In this document: positions 36,340 through 50,349 of the stretch, piece by piece
Numbering within the stretch: the stretch's first letter is position 1
Layout: the number at the start of each line of letters is the position of its first letter
Assembly: GCA_051313645.2 (NCBI GenBank)
Contig: JBNRSN020000003.1
Coordinates: 422,468,001-422,532,000 of the forward strand
Length of the DNA stretch: 64,000 bases
Direction of reading: 5' to 3'
Source of the DNA: Centroscyllium fabricii
Lineage: Eukaryota
Translations under genes and position numbers: made by a program
Notes under the pieces: model-generated
Database searches by the model: none
What the model was told of the DNA's origin: nothing
Seen by the model: only the letters and a program-made list of their open reading frames with translations

Positions 36340-37030
36340 GGCGCATGACTGGAAATAGTAGGATTTGACTGGTTCATAACATTTGCGTAGTTCAATGATG
36401 GTTTTTGCTGATTGTTTCCCCTCTACCCCTTTGCAGAAATCATTGACTGACCTTACTAAGAAAACGTTCCACAGGCATCAGTTGCTCTCTGGTACTTCAC
36501 CCACGTGGCCATTATTTATGTGAGCCTGGACCATGTGCTGGCAGGTTTTTGGACTGCACGGGGCATCACAACTAAGGCTGTACTTCTCCTCACTTGACAT
36601 CCACACTTTCTCGCAGGAGTCGTTGAATAGCAATCACGAGTGGGATCACTGAGTGATTTTCCCTCTTTAACCCAGGAGGTCTGAGGCCAATTCTATGGCC
36701 CCTCTCTGCTACCCCAGCTGAGATTAGTCAACCCAGCACAGACTGGGGATCACATTTGGGACCATCCTTCTCTGAATGACTCGGACTCCGTGCATAAACT
36801 CACTGAGTCACCAGAGGAGCTGGTGTAATACATGCTTTCCTGATGACTCAGTGGTTTTATCCTATGTGTAGCTGAGCATTACAGATCAGGAAGGTCACTG
36901 ATTTCACCTATTTTCTGTTCTGTGTTAACTGATCTCGTCCAGGATGACCGCAGGGGTGGCACAATTGGGCATCGCGCTTCCGCAATAGAGAAGGGAAAAC
37001 TGGCATTCCTGTGCCTGGGGAACTATACCC
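36340..37030. mobile_element. Two old tRNA-SINE-like repeats, head to head
   Basis: The minus copy head GCTCCTCTGGTGACTCAGTG ends at ~36820. The plus copy begins GCTTTCCTGATGACTCAGTG at ~36834. The CTGAGATTAG..AA..CAGCACAG motif recurs at ~26359. Confidence 0.4.
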
Positions 37031-37039
37031 TAACATCTT

Positions 37040-37410
37040 AATTCTAACTGGTCTGGACAAACCTGATGCAGGAAGAATGTTCCCGATGGTCGGAGAGTCC
37101 AGAACCAGGGGTCATAGTCTAAGGATAAGGGGTAACTCATTTAGGACAGAGATGAGGAGGAATTTCTTCACCCAGAGAGTGGTGAACCTGTGGAATTCTC
37201 TGCCACAGAGGGCGGTGGAGGCTAGTTCATTAAATATATTCAAGAAGGAGCTGGATGTATTTCTTAAGGCTAAATGGATCAAGGGATATGGGGAGAGGGC
37301 AGGGACAGGGTACTGGGTTTGGATGATCAGCCATGATCTCATTGAATGGCGGAGCAGGCTTGAGGGGCCGAATGGCCTACTCCTGCTCCTATCTTCTATG
37401 TTTCTATGTT
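37040..37410 (+). mobile_element. CR1 (HER1-like) 3' fragment
   Basis: Reads ILTGLDKPDAGRMFP...RRNFFTQRVVNLWNSLP. The 3' UTR is the same type as the SINE tail. Confidence 0.92.
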
Positions 37411-37805
37411 AAGGAGCAAGGGCTACAGAGAAGATTGGTACAACAAGGGAAAAAGATAATCTCTTGTTAAATGTGCCATTAACACACTTTAATAAGCAAA
37501 ATAATGAGCAGTTACATCACAGTAAGTCTCACTTAAAGTACAGTAGGTGGGCTCCAAATATATTTCTTATGTATGATTTTGAAGCATGCATTTTAGCTTC
37601 TCATTTCATCTTCAATCTGCGTTATTTCTTTAAAAATGCACAATCGCCTGCAGTCCTCTTTAATATTTAATTCAACAACTTTTTAATCTGTCATTACTCC
37701 ATGATGAAGTAAGCATCAAGTGTCACAGAAGAAGATTAAATTATACTTGGAAATAGGAATTGAAGTGATTTAGTGGTTGTGGGCTGAATATTTGTTTTGC
37801 TCAAG

Positions 37806-38205
37806 CAGGGCCGGCTCAAGGTATTTGGGGGCCCCAAACAAGGTATTTTGGGGGCCCCAAACAAGGTATTTGGGGGCCCCAAACAAGGTATTTTGGGGGC
37901 CCCAAACAAGGTATTTTGGGGGCCCCAAACAAGGTATTTTGGGGGCCCTTTCTGTTTGTGTCTGTAGATATGTGTGCACAAGCACAAGGGGGGCTTCTTC
38001 TGCCGGCACTAAAACCTACTGTACCCAGTATATAATTATGCACCAGTTATGTACCAGTACATTGTGCACAATATTGTGCAGGGGCAATGTATGTCTATCA
38101 TGGGCTATAATTTAAGAATGAAAACACTTAGGCCTATGAGGGGCCCTCTCAAATCGGGGGCCCTAAACAAATGTTTACATCGTTTATATGGTAGGGCCGG
38201 CCCTG
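37806..38205. mobile_element. hAT-superfamily MITE with an internal tandem repeat
   Basis: TIRs CAGGGCCGGC / GCCGGCCCTG. Exact 8-bp TSD TGCTCAAG at 37798-37805 and 38206-38213. CAAGGTATTTTGGGGGCCCCAAA repeats at 37817-37948. Confidence 0.88.
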
Positions 38206-39010
38206 TGCTCAAGTAATAATGGTAGTTTGGGCGAAAGGGGGTTTCTTAATGTTTTATGTGCCGACACAGAGCTGTGCGGTACTCCCTTGTGGCTGGCCTT
38301 CATTTACACGAGCATAACACAGCTTTCCTTTATTTAAATAGAGCTGGATGTTGAAGTGAGTAAAGAACATTACATTAATTGTGCTGAAATTTTTCTTCGA
38401 AGCAGTTGTGATTTCTGTAAGCATTCAATTTTTTTAAAATTGCAGCCATTTGCACATTGTCTCAGGCTTTTTATATTACTGTAATTCAAAAGCCGAGGCT
38501 GCTTTTACGGAATTTGGTTCTGAAAGGCTGGATGCAGAAACAGTAATTTGTAAAAAAAAACTGTTACACCAAAGATATATTTTTACCATAAATGTTCAAG
38601 CAATAATTGCCCTGTATTGTTTCCTCACAAGTTGTTGAAATTAAGTTAAGGTGGAACAATGGTGCAGCACATTGGTGCCCTGTTGTACTGTGCTGCAGAG
38701 AAATATGATACTAGTTTGCGCCCACAGACATGTTGAGTTACCAACCAGTGCTGTTGTCTCATTGGAGGTCAGGCAGATCCCTGGAAGGAAGGACAGTCAT
38801 TCTGGACTGCTCTTGGGCATCTCCAAGTGGCTGGTTTCAGAACTGCATTAGCCGAGGTCCAGGAGCATGGCATCTGCTGCTTTCTCTGCTTGGTTGACAC
38901 AGGACATGGGAAAACCCAGGGAGGAGGAGGAGAAAATACACTTCAAAACAAAACATCTAGGAGTTTCCCTTTAATACTTTGGGCAAAAAGCAGGCCTGTT
39001 TGTGCAGTTA

Positions 39011-41012
39011 AACATATAAACATAGAAGATAGGAGCAGGAGTAGGCCATTCAGACCCTCGAACCTGCTCCGCCATTTAATGGGATCATGGCTGATCATCC
39101 AAACTCAGTACCCTGTCCCTGCCTTCTCTCCATATCCCTTGATCCCTTTAGCCTTAAGGAATATATCCAACTCCTTCTTGAATATATTTAATGAATTGGC
39201 CTCTACTGCCTTCTGTGGTAGAGAATTCCACAGGTTCACCACTCTCTGAGTGAAGAAATTACTCCTCATCTCTGTCCTAAATGGCTTACCCCTTATCCTT
39301 AGAATCTGACCCCCGGTTCTGGACTCCCCCACCATCAGGAACATCCTTCCTGCATCTAGGGCGGCACGGTGGCACAGTGGTTAGCACTGCTGTCTCACAG
39401 CTCTGGAGACCCGGGTTCAAATCAGGCTTCGGGTACTATCTGTGTGGAGTTTGCACATTCTCCCCGTGTCTGCGTGGGTTTCCTCCGGGTGCTCCGGTTT
39501 CCTCCCACAGTCCAAAGATGTGCGGGTTAGGTTGATTGGCCATGATAAATTGACCCTTAGTGTTAGGGGGATTGAGTATGTGGGGTTACGGGGATGGGCG
39601 GGATATGTGTCAGTGCAGGCTCGATAGGGATCGAGGGGTATGAGTAGGGGCGGGGTGCTGGGTTTGGATGATCAGCCATGATCTGATTGAATGGCGGAGC
39701 AGGCTCGAAGGGCCGAATGGCCTACTCCTGCTCCTATCTTCTATGTTTCTAGTCTGTCCAGTCCTGTTGGAATTTTATAAGTTTGAATGAGATCCCCTCT
39801 CATTCTTCTAAACTCCAGCGAGTACAAGCCCAATCGACCCAATCTCTCCTCATACGTCATTCCTGCCATCCCAGGTATCAGCCGTGTGAAGCTTCGCTGC
39901 ACTCCCTCCATGGCAAGAGCATCCTTCTTTCGATAAGGCGACCAAAACTGTACACAATACTCAAGGTGTGGTCTCACTAAGGCTCTGTACAACTGCAACA
40001 AGACATTCTTGTTCCTGTACTCGAACCCTCTCGTTACAAAGGCCAACATACCATTTGCCTTCTTAAGCGCCTGCTGCACCTGCATGCTTACCTTCAGTGA
40101 CTGGCGCACAAAGACGCCCAGGTCTCATTGCACTTACCCTTCTCCCAATCTATTGCCATTCAGATAATAATCTTCCTTCTTGTTTTTAACACCAAAGTGG
40201 ATAACCTCGCATTCATCCACGTTATATTGCATCTGCCATGCTTCTGCCCAATCACCCAACCTGTCCAAATCATACTGGAGTTTCTCGGCATCTTCCTCAC
40301 AGCACACTCGCCCACCCAGCTTTGTGTCGTCTGCAAACTTGGAGATATTACATCTAGTCCCCTCGTCTAGATCATTAATATATATTGTGAATAGCTGGGT
40401 TCCAAGGACCGATCCCTGCGGTACCCCACTAGTCACTGCCTGCCACTCGGAAAAAGAGCCGTTTATTCCAACTCTTTGCTTCCTGTCTGCCAACCAGTTC
40501 TCTATCCAAGTCAATACCTTACCCCCAATCCCCTGGCCTTAATTTTGCACACGAATCTCTTATGCGGGACCTTATCGAAAGCCTTTTGAAAGTCCAAGTA
40601 CACCACGTCCACTGGTTCTCCCTTATCTATTCTACCAGTTACATCCTCCAAAAGTTCCAGTAGATTAGTCGAGCACAATTTACCTTTTGTAAATCCATGT
40701 TGACTTTGTCTGATCCGGCTTTGCTATTACATCTTTTATAATGGACTCTAGCATTTTCCCCACTACCGATGTCAAGCTGTAATTCCCCGTTTTCTCTCTA
40801 CCACCTTTTTTGAATAGTGGGGTAACATTAGCTACCCTCCAATCCATGGGTGCTGTTCCAGAGTCTATCGAATTTTGGAAGGTGACCAGCAATGCATCCA
40901 CTATTTCTCGGGCCACTTCCTTAAGTGCCCTAGGATGTAGATTATCGGGCCCTGGGGATTTATCGGCCGTCAATTTCTTAACACCATTTCCCTACAAATA
41001 CTGATTTCCTTA
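39011..41012 (-). mobile_element. CR1 (HER1-like) LINE 3' fragment
   Basis: KSPGPD, GVPQGSVLG, ISKFADDTKLGG, HLEYCVQFWSP and FFTQRVVNLWN occur across frameshifted ORFs. Confidence 0.93.
39359..39751 (+). mobile_element. HE1-like V-SINE nested antisense in CR1
   Basis: GGGCGGCACGGTGGCACAGTGG head through to the TTCTATGTTTCTA tail. TCTA(G) is duplicated at the junctions. Confidence 0.93.
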
Positions 41013-41427
41013 CCTCTCCCACGATACTCAGATGTGTTGACTGGGTAATCGTAAAACACTGACGAAGTTATATTTGTGTTTGGTTTGGTTATAAGTGCAC
41101 AAAGTGTGTGATTATTGTAGTTTCATTGATAAAGTGTGTTGCTTGTTCCATAATTTATAATTACCGTTGACATCTAAGTATTGACCCCTGGACCAAATGG
41201 ACCAAACCAAAGAATGCAGTTTTCCCCAATGATAATTAAAAGCTGCTTCTTCTAGACCCCTCCTCTGCTCCTTTTGGAAAGATATAGTTAGTGTGAAGGC
41301 TAGCAGGCCAACAGAAACAAATGTATCATCTGATGCAAATGGCCCTTGACTTCCACCTACAGAATCTCACGAAAGCCATCAGGTAACTAGACATTCTAAT
41401 TTTTTTTGGATGATTTGAAATCATCTA

Positions 41428-42029
41428 CAGGTTGAACACCGTTAATCCGGTAACCGAAAAGCCGCCAACTTCAGTCGTCCGGCATAAATTGCCCCGACTG
41501 CCCTGCGCATGCGCGAAATGGCCGCCGCGATTGATGCTTCGGCGAATGATCTGCGCATGCGCTGCCGAACGGCGAGCACATGCGCAGATCATTCAAAACG
41601 GCTGCCGGAGGCTGGACCGACCTTTGCCTCCTCATTCATGCGCCACCGAACGGTAAGGATCTGCCACTCACTCCGGCCTCACTCCCTCAGCGCTGCCTGG
41701 TACCGGGCTCCGGCAACTAACTTGTTAGTGCTGTGCTGGGCCTGCAGCCTGGGCCTCGATTTATGGTTATGTGCCGGGGTGGGGGGAGAAGAGTCCCATC
41801 CTGTCTGCCTGGTGAGCTGAGCTGAGCTGAGGGTTCTTTGCACGGCGGGTTCTGGGCGGCTGCAGCTATACTGCAGGTGATCAAAACTTCCGGCGGCCAT
41901 TTTCAATGTTGTGCGCATACGCGCGGCCATTTTGAATGATGCGCACTGGCCGGCTTCATTCTTCCGTTTTTTTCGCTATACCGGCCTGGGCCTAGTCCCG
42001 CTCGTGCCGATATAACGGTGTTCAACCTG
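41428..42029 (+). mobile_element. pogo/Tigger-like MITE (family B)
   Basis: TIRs CAGGTTGAACACCGTTA / TAACGGTGTTCAACCTG with TA TSD. Confidence 0.88.
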
Positions 42030-42411
42030 TATTTCCTTTTAGGCTGTATCGGGGGGAAGTTTGATGCTTTGTCCAAGCTGACAGCCAGAGAGGGTGCAAA
42101 AACTGGTTGGAGACTCTTCTCAATAAGGTGCACCTTGTTTCTGCTCAGTGCTTCTCTTCAACAGCATGGCTGAGATCAGGAACTCTGCACTATCTAATGA
42201 AAAATATACAGCCTTTTTATTTTGTACAACAGCTGCTTCTCACTATGATAGTTCATAATAATCCAGATCATGTGATAATATAATCACCTGCAAATATAGA
42301 GTTGCAAATCTATTTTTTCATTTGTGGCAAGTACTGTACTCTCATTTCCAGTATTACATGTTATCTAGGCTTCTGAAATATGAAATTTCACTGAGGATGG
42401 CATTCTTAATA

Positions 42412-42878
42412 CAGGTACACAATCCCTTATCCGCAACTCCAAAAACCGAAAAGCTTCAAAAACCGAAGTTTTTCTTCAATTTATTTAAGAAAAAAATGAT
42501 TTCAGCTGCAGCAGAAAAAGCATGTTCCTCCCCCGATCTCGCGCTGTTGATGCCGTGCTGAGGAAAAAAACAGCCGATCTCCTCCTGCAAACGGCCGGTC
42601 TCCCTCCTGCAAACGGCCGGTCTCCCTCCTGCAAACGGCCGGTCTCCCTCCTGCAAACGGCCGGTCTCCCTCCTGCAAACGGCCGGTCTCCCCTGCAAAC
42701 GACCGGTCTCCCGCTCCAAACGGCCGATATGCCGTTCCCCAACCGCGAGCTGGGCCGCAAACACGGGAATGCGCATGCGCAAGCGATCTGCGCATGCGCA
42801 CTGGGGCCAACTCTAAAAACCATATTTATCCGAAACCCGCCCGGTCCCGAGGTTTTCGGATAAAGGTTTGTGTACCTG
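42412..42878 (+). mobile_element. pogo/Tigger-like MITE (family A) with a 22-bp minisatellite
   Basis: TIRs CAGGTACACAATCCCTTATCCG / CGGATAAAGGTTTGTGTACCTG with TA TSD. (CTCCCTCCTGCAAACGGCCGGT)n at ~42579-42726. Confidence 0.88.
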
Positions 42879-45800
42879 TAGTGCACCATGCTTACAAGCT
42901 GCCTTAAATAGTTACAAACAGAGCACACATGACGGAAGTATCTTCACTTGCAAATGCATACCTCACTTCTTGGTTGGATACAGTGTGTCTCACAGGAAAA
43001 CAATCCCCAGACTCTGAGGTAATTCTTTTGTTGTGTGGGACCATTTTCATTGACCCAGATGGGAAACCTTATTTCTTAGTTTGCTGCAACTTTCCAATAA
43101 CCAAATTTAATACTTGCAGTATAGTCACACCACTCAAGTTATTTGGTGCTGTCAGAGCAGTCACCTGTATTTGGACAGATGGGTCATGGAGGTGTTCACT
43201 AGTGCATTGTACAGTCGTGTCTTTTTGCTGAGCACTTTATACAGTAGCACAAAAAATGCTGAAGCAGACATAAATTTTTGCTGTAGAGTTTTGAAGCAAC
43301 AATATTAATGCCCTTTGTGCAAAAACCAGATTCATTCAGGCCATGCAGAATAATGGATGGCCGGGGAATGTTGCATTTGGAATAATGGATATTCAGGGGT
43401 GAATTACAGATGCATACGCGATCCCCAGTTGGTTTTTGGTTTGCCACTTGTGCTTGTACAAGCCTCAAACTAGTGAGAATCTGTCTCGAATTCATCTCCT
43501 GACCATTCGTTAATTTGGAGTAACATACGGCAAGTACTTCCAAACCCCTTCTTCATTCATGCAAAGTGCCTGGTGTTCCTTGAGGAGGGCACTGGTAACA
43601 AACAGTGGGTGACCTCTGAAGTGCAACAACACAACATTCAGGACAATAATGTGTATATTCCAATAACCATGCATGCAATTTACAGGGGCATTGTATTCAG
43701 AAAATCCAGTGGGACAAAATATCTCTTATAATGGGTACATCGGCTCTTCTGTGGGGTTTATTGTCTGCACTGCTTCGGGATGGTATGTGTACTCCTGCTT
43801 ATGCCACTTTGGTACATGCTAGTCCCCAAAAAACTTGCAATCTGCCCTTGCTGTCAGATATTTTATGTAACGTAATAGATAAATATATATTACATTGACA
43901 GCATGCACCAAATTCCAGGTTTTACTTAGATGTGCTATACAGTAGCATGTGAATGGATTGTCATAATAAGACTAGGCAGGTGAACAGACAGTGACAGTGT
44001 TTGCAATTAAAAACAATGGATGAATACCACGAGAAGGGATAAATTATAGGTTGATTTCAGTATGTCTTATGATGTGAAAACCTGAAGATTGAATGTTTTG
44101 TTGATTTCCTCTTGTTTTCAGACAACATAGGAATATTTTGCATGCAATATCTATCAGCATGTATAGTTTTATAGATGAGCCCCAAATCAGGTAATATGAC
44201 TCAGTTTATAATTTTAGATTACAGGAAAGTGGCCATTGCATGCAGGGTGGTAATTTTCATTCTGATTCTAGTCAATTGTTCTATTTTTTTTTAAAAGGGC
44301 AAAAAAAAGTCCCAGCCCAGAAATCTGTGTTGACTTCAGCTGACCTTTGATGGGTATAATTAATCAGGTAATAGTTTCTGGAGTGTTTGATTATCTGATG
44401 GCGTAGCCATTTAGGTAGATGTTTGTCATCACTAGTCCATTCAATTTGCAGCAGGAAGCAAACGACTTCCTTTAAGCCAAGTAAGCTTCCAGGGTTAAAG
44501 TAAATGCACATCTTTGTACAAGAATAAATAAAAAGAGCAAGCTGAGTCAATAAGCTGGTTCAGTTCGTGCCTACAGCCATGGAGGACAGCTCATTCTGTA
44601 GATGTGGGTGTTTTGTTTACATTTATAATGCAGCTTTATTTAATGCTGACAGATATAGCTTGTGGCAAATGTTAGTCAGAACATATGAGCAGTCATAATG
44701 CTTCTGTCATCTTATAGTGTGCTTTAGAAAATAAGCAGTTCACATCAGTTTCATTGAGGAAAAGATACAAGACAGCATCAGCTCTGTGGAGCCATTTATC
44801 GAGTTGTTTTACAAGTTGTGAATATGGCATTTTACAGCGTCTGTGGAAATAGTCTTTGCTTGTGCCTGTGCATCTGAGTGGGGATGGGCGAGAAGGAATT
44901 ATATGAAGAAAATAAAATGAGGCATACAAATCAAAATCCCATTTTAAAAAGTGCCTGCAGAGATTGTGATTTAAATGGTGGGTTGGTGCGGGGTCCAAAC
45001 TCAGATCAAAGCCTTATGGTACTGTATCTGAAAACTCGCAATTTGAACAACTGAATTTGGCTGAAAAAATGACTTGTACAGGAAGTTTATTATCTCTTTG
45101 TATAATATTTCAGCCATGTACTCCAGTATATAGGGAATCCATACATCTCAAACTTACAAGTCATGCAGTGGTAATTAAAAAAAATCTTGTATGTTATAGC
45201 AAAATGCAGCCTTCGAGCCATTGAATTCATTAACCTGCTGCCTAATTAGCTTTTCTGGTTTGATTACTGGCAGGGTATTGAGTATGAACCTGATGCTGTT
45301 GTGTCACCATTCGAACACTGACTAGAGTAGAGGAGGGCTTCATTTAAATGTCTGCTGCTATGAATTACATAAAGAAGCCATGTAATAAGGTTTCACTCTC
45401 TGCACTCAGGCAAGTGTTAGTGGCATTTGATGTTCAGCTGTAATTAAATAGTGACTACAAATTAACTTATAGGTTTATTTAAAAGTTTATATGCAAAGGA
45501 CGGCTGATGCTAAATTATTAAAACAATTTTTTCGCGCTTTAGTTTAAGATCATTCATTGACTGTACTGGACACAGACCCACATGTAATTGGGCTGAACAT
45601 GACCTTGATGAGATGTGCCAGAGGTGATCGAGAAAGAAAGAGGAATATGTTAATTTGATTGTAGAGTGGGAGCTTGGAGACTGACCTCTACTTAGAACCT
45701 CAATGAATCCGACTTGATGGTAACCTTTAACTAGAAGAGCAGTGAAAGCCCGATTACTTTACCAGTCCCTTCGGCCAGCTAGATGGCTTGGCTTGTTTTT

Positions 45801-47652
45801 GGATATTCCAAGATGACAGTCTCACCTGAAGATTCCTTCTCCTCGTTGAATTACCTTGGGTCTTTTTTGTTGCGTACTATAGCTACTTTTACATTGGGTT
45901 TAGTGGGTGTTGTGCCACTGCACTGACTCCCAATGCAGCTGGCAGCAACCCTGGAGTAAACTTACCGGATTATCTAAGGAAGACCCAGTTAAAAAATGGC
46001 AAGTTTGCTTTGCTGTTGATTGCACAAGACCCTTGCATTGATTGGGGGCTGGCCATGCCAACGCCTCACTGTTGTGAAAAGGTCATTTAAACTTATTAGT
46101 AATCAAACTAAAGATTCTTCAATGTCTTGTTTCTTTTAACATGTATAAAAAATGTTGTTCGTAAAGTGAAAAGTGAGCTGGTGATACAGTTTGTAGCATT
46201 AATTGCAGAAACTCTTAGGCAGCATTGTCCTGTCTGAAAATGATTTCAGTGAGGTCATTTAGAGTTCAAGATCTTACTGTTTGTTCTTTTCCTGTCTTCT
46301 GATCTTTACTTTGAGGTGTGTAACCTGGGTACAAATTTTCTGCTGGTGAAAATTGTGTTGTTGATGACGGTGCTGAAAATGGGCTGCTGTGTTCCAATCT
46401 TTCCCTTTCTCTGAGTGGGGTGCTGCTTTGCAACTTAGGGAAGAGGCAGACCTAAAGGATTAACGACCATCCTCTAATTTTTGCTACTTTTGTTTTAAGT
46501 GCTGGTGAAAATAACTTGATACATCTGGTGCTATCCAGAAAATGATCTTCCTAGGCCTGGGAAACACGATTCTGGTCTCGAGTTCTATCCTGAATGGGGC
46601 AATTGGCAGTTGTGAGTGGAATAAAAGAGACATTGTTCTTGGTTATGGCACAATTGGTGGTATATCCACTACGGCCTGCATTGGGTAAATTTGATTCTCA
46701 GGACCTCACCATGTGGAAATATGAGAATTTAATCACTTTTGCCCTCTTCCCAACTAATATAACTTGTGTGGCATTTGAAATTTAATGTTTTAGTTGATGC
46801 CTAAAGAAAAGTTTTAACAGTTTAAGTATAAAAAACTGCAATTAGTTTTACTTTAATTGAAGACTTTTGTAATGTTGTAAGCAACAGATGCATTCTTTTT
46901 CGGACCTGTTCATAACCCACTCAACTCAAACCTTCGGTTGATATGTTTGAAAAAGCTTTATAAATGAGTATGAGCAAATATACAAAGTTCCCAGTATATT
47001 TATGCATATTAGAACGAGTGTACAGTAACTAGTATACATGCTTTCAGATTCACTCATTTTCAGACATGATTTGTTGCAGCAAGTGATTTGTTATCTCTCA
47101 GCTCCATTCAGAAACTGGTATTTGCCATTCAGGTATCTTTCACACCCTGTTGGGGTTTGTTCAATCTTGATTGATTCAGGGGAGTCCCATGTATTTTTCT
47201 TTTGATGTGATTGGGATTATTTCCCATAACCCCCTGCACCTGCGCCGTATAAAGGCCCAGGGCCTCAAATAGCCCAGTTCTTTTGGCCTAGTTTTGAGAA
47301 GTTTATCCAAGTTGCCAGCATTGCTATTATAGGTATTCAACTTGTAGAGCCAGGCTCTACAATTTTTTTAGGGAGCGTTAAGTACAATTTTTAGCTCTTT
47401 TATGTGCTCGGTTGTTCTTTTTTAACCTGTTGTATCTTTTTTTTGCTGTTGATTATTTGCGCGTGAACTTGTGAAGCTCGACTTCTTTTGTTATAGCTCC
47501 CAAACACTTGTCCTTTTTAGCTAATCTGGCAAAATTGCCCATTTTGGGCACAGAATCCACTGTTTGCAAAGTCTCCCGTAAAGTGCTTTGTCAGTAAAAC
47601 AACAAATATCTGAGATTCTCAGGCATACGATTGGTGCATCCCAATGGTGGAT

Positions 47653-47742
47653 GTTTGGATCAGCCATGATCCTATTAAATGGCGGAGCAGGCCCGAGGGG
47701 CCGTATGGCCTACTCCTGCTCCTACTTCTTATGTTCTTATGT
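47653..47742 (+). mobile_element. Short CR1/SINE 3' tail
   Basis: GATCAGCCATGATC...GGCCTACTCCTGCTCC...TTCTTATGTTCTTATG. Confidence 0.8.
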
Positions 47743-49581
47743 TCCCTCCGCCCCCCCCCCCCCACCCCAAGATCCAGCTTGGTACCTTAACCAAAGATAA
47801 CAGATTTAGAGCTTAATACTCCGACTTTGAGGAAGGAAGCTGTCTGTAGAATGAAAGCACAAGAGAATTACAGCAAAATACACTTTTTTGGTCTTTGCTG
47901 TTATTTACCCAAGTTCTTTCAAAAACAATTCTATGTGCTACCTGGGAGAAATCTTTGTTTTATTGGTAAGCAATATACTCTATAGTCTGTGAAAGAGTTA
48001 AGCTTCCTTACATCCTCCCGATCTCAGCTTCCAGGTGTATAAGACCTTTCACCTCGCCAAATAAATCAAAATAAAAACATGCATTTCATTTACAAAGGAA
48101 TTATCAATATTAAACGATAACTAAGAGACAGTGGTGGACTGGGATCTGTTGCAACTCCGATTCATTACAGTGAGTACATGTATCGGATTCAAGACTTTGA
48201 GGTAGAGAGATGTGGCTGCTCCTATTGTTTGAAAAGACCGAAATGGTCCATTTTCTATTTCAGATGGACATGAAAAATTGTACAACTTGTGTATTACTAA
48301 TGCAAATGTCCGGTTGTTCTTGTACATCCAGATTTGCAGCCTAGAATTAACAAAATGACAGACCTAAAACAAAGCAATGTGTTGTCATTGGTGGGGGGGA
48401 AGGGGAGTGCGCAACTCCCATACCAAAAGGGTGCAAGAAAACCTAATGTTTAAACAGTCCACGTGGCACATCAGTTGCTTAGTATTTTGGGTAATACACC
48501 TGGCTTACATCATTTTCTGATGTTTGTTCACAGAAACGTGGTCCACATTTGGGAAGACAATCCCTTTGTTTACATCATTGAGTGTGGGGGTGCTGGGGGG
48601 AAGGTTTCATTATGTCAGGATGCAATATGGCTGACATGTTGGTGCCTGGTGTAAAGAATGTCTCTTGGCTCTTCACTTGGCAAGACCATACAACTTGGGA
48701 TCCTCAGCCAGTTTAATATCCATCCGCATGAGTGAACCATTCTCCGCTAGGTTAAGGAATATTCTGCAAATGGAAGTGGCTGGCGATCAACCTGTTTAGA
48801 TCCCCAGCAAATCATTAGCTTCCTTGATCTGCTTCAGGAGAGAAGATGCATCCGTGTGGTAATGGGACAGTCTCCTTTGCGTGGATTCTGTATGGAGAGG
48901 CTGAATACTTTGATGATATTTAACAGTGTCACCTTCAAGATCAAGTTATTTCCTTGTTGGTGGAATTCTAGGAAAACTTCTATTAATCAGGTTTATAAGG
49001 ACCAATGTTATGAGACTCTACTGGAAAATTTAGAAAATTGGACCCCATCCTCACGCACCCACATCTGTATGCCGCATTTTACAGTGTGATTTTTTTTTTT
49101 GAGGCCAGGTAAGGTGGCGCTGCAGGTAAGCACAAGCCTCATTCCCCATGGAAATTTATTTAAATCATGTCCCTCCATTGTTCCCCTCACCCAAATAAAT
49201 TGGGCACATTGGTAATCCTGTGACCTGGCTTGTTCAAGTAGGTTCTCAAAGGGAAATTATTGTTCCCCAGTTGTTGTTAGAAGTTAAAAAATTTTTTTTA
49301 GTGTTTGCAATTAGATTTTGGTGCACTTTGCTTCATACCAGTTGATATTTGTTGGCTAGTCTCTCATTTTTACATTCATTGAGTTTTTCCTTGCCAGTAA
49401 TTTCCATGTCCTTGGTTACTGCCGCCATTTAAATCACACCATGCAAGGTGGTGAGCATGGTAATTCTTTAGTGCATGATTTAGGCAAGTACGAAAAGTTC
49501 ATGAGAGGCTAATGCATAAAGATTGAACAACATCTGAAGCATTTTGGCCGCACCTATCAATACCCCAAGACAGATGCTTAT

Positions 49582-50349
49582 ACATAGATACATAGATACA
49601 TAGATGATAGGAGCAGGAGTAGGCCATTCAGCCCTTCGAGCCTGCTCCGCCATTCAATGAGATCATGGCTGATCCTTCAGTTCAGTATCCCGTCCCTGCC
49701 TTCTCTCCGTAACCTTTAACCCCTTTTGCCTGCAGAAATATATCTAATTCCCTCTTAAATATGTTTAATGAGCTGGCGTCCACTGCCCTCTGTGGCAGTG
49801 AGTTCCACAGGTTCACCACTCTCTGGGTGAAGAAATTCCTCCTCATCTCTGTCCTAAATGGTTTAGCCCTTATCCTTAAACTGTGTCCCCTAGTTCTATA
49901 CTCTCCTGCCATCGGAAACATTCCTTCTGCATCTAGTCTGTCCAGGCCTGTCAGAATTTTATATGTTTCTATGAGATCCCCTCTCAATCTTCTAAACTCC
50001 AGTGTGTACATCCCCAAACTACATAGTCTCTCCTCATAGGTCATTCCTGCCATTCCTGGTATCAGCCTGGTGAATCGCCGCTGCACTCCTTCCATGGCAA
50101 GAACATCCTTCCTCAGATGAGGCGACCAAAACTGCACACAGTACTCGAGGTGTGGTCTCACCAGTGCCCTGTACAGCTGTAGTAAGGTGTCCTTGTTCCT
50201 GTATTCTAACCCTTTTGATATGAAGGCCAGCATACCATTTGCCTTCCTGACCGCCTGTTGCACCTGCATGCTCGCCTTCAATGACTGGTGCACAAGAACA
50301 CCCAGGTCTCGCTGTACTTCCCCATCTCCCAATCTATTGCCATTTAAAT
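49582..50349 (-). mobile_element. CR1 (HER1-like) 3' fragment
   Basis: ORF 49682-50365 reads QRDLGVLVH...HLEYCVQFWSP...FFTQRVVNLW. (CATAGATA)n tail. Confidence 0.93.

Noticed and set aside
39359-39435. tRNA genes at the SINE heads (also ~25215-25290, 27895-27969, 58560-58635, 4579-4670)
   Set aside because: A and B boxes run straight into SINE bodies and tails, so these are tRNA-derived heads rather than tRNA genes.
47240-47650. Possible L1/Tx1 ORF2 remnant on the minus strand
   Set aside because: Only A-rich composition and vague similarity; no diagnostic motif recovered.
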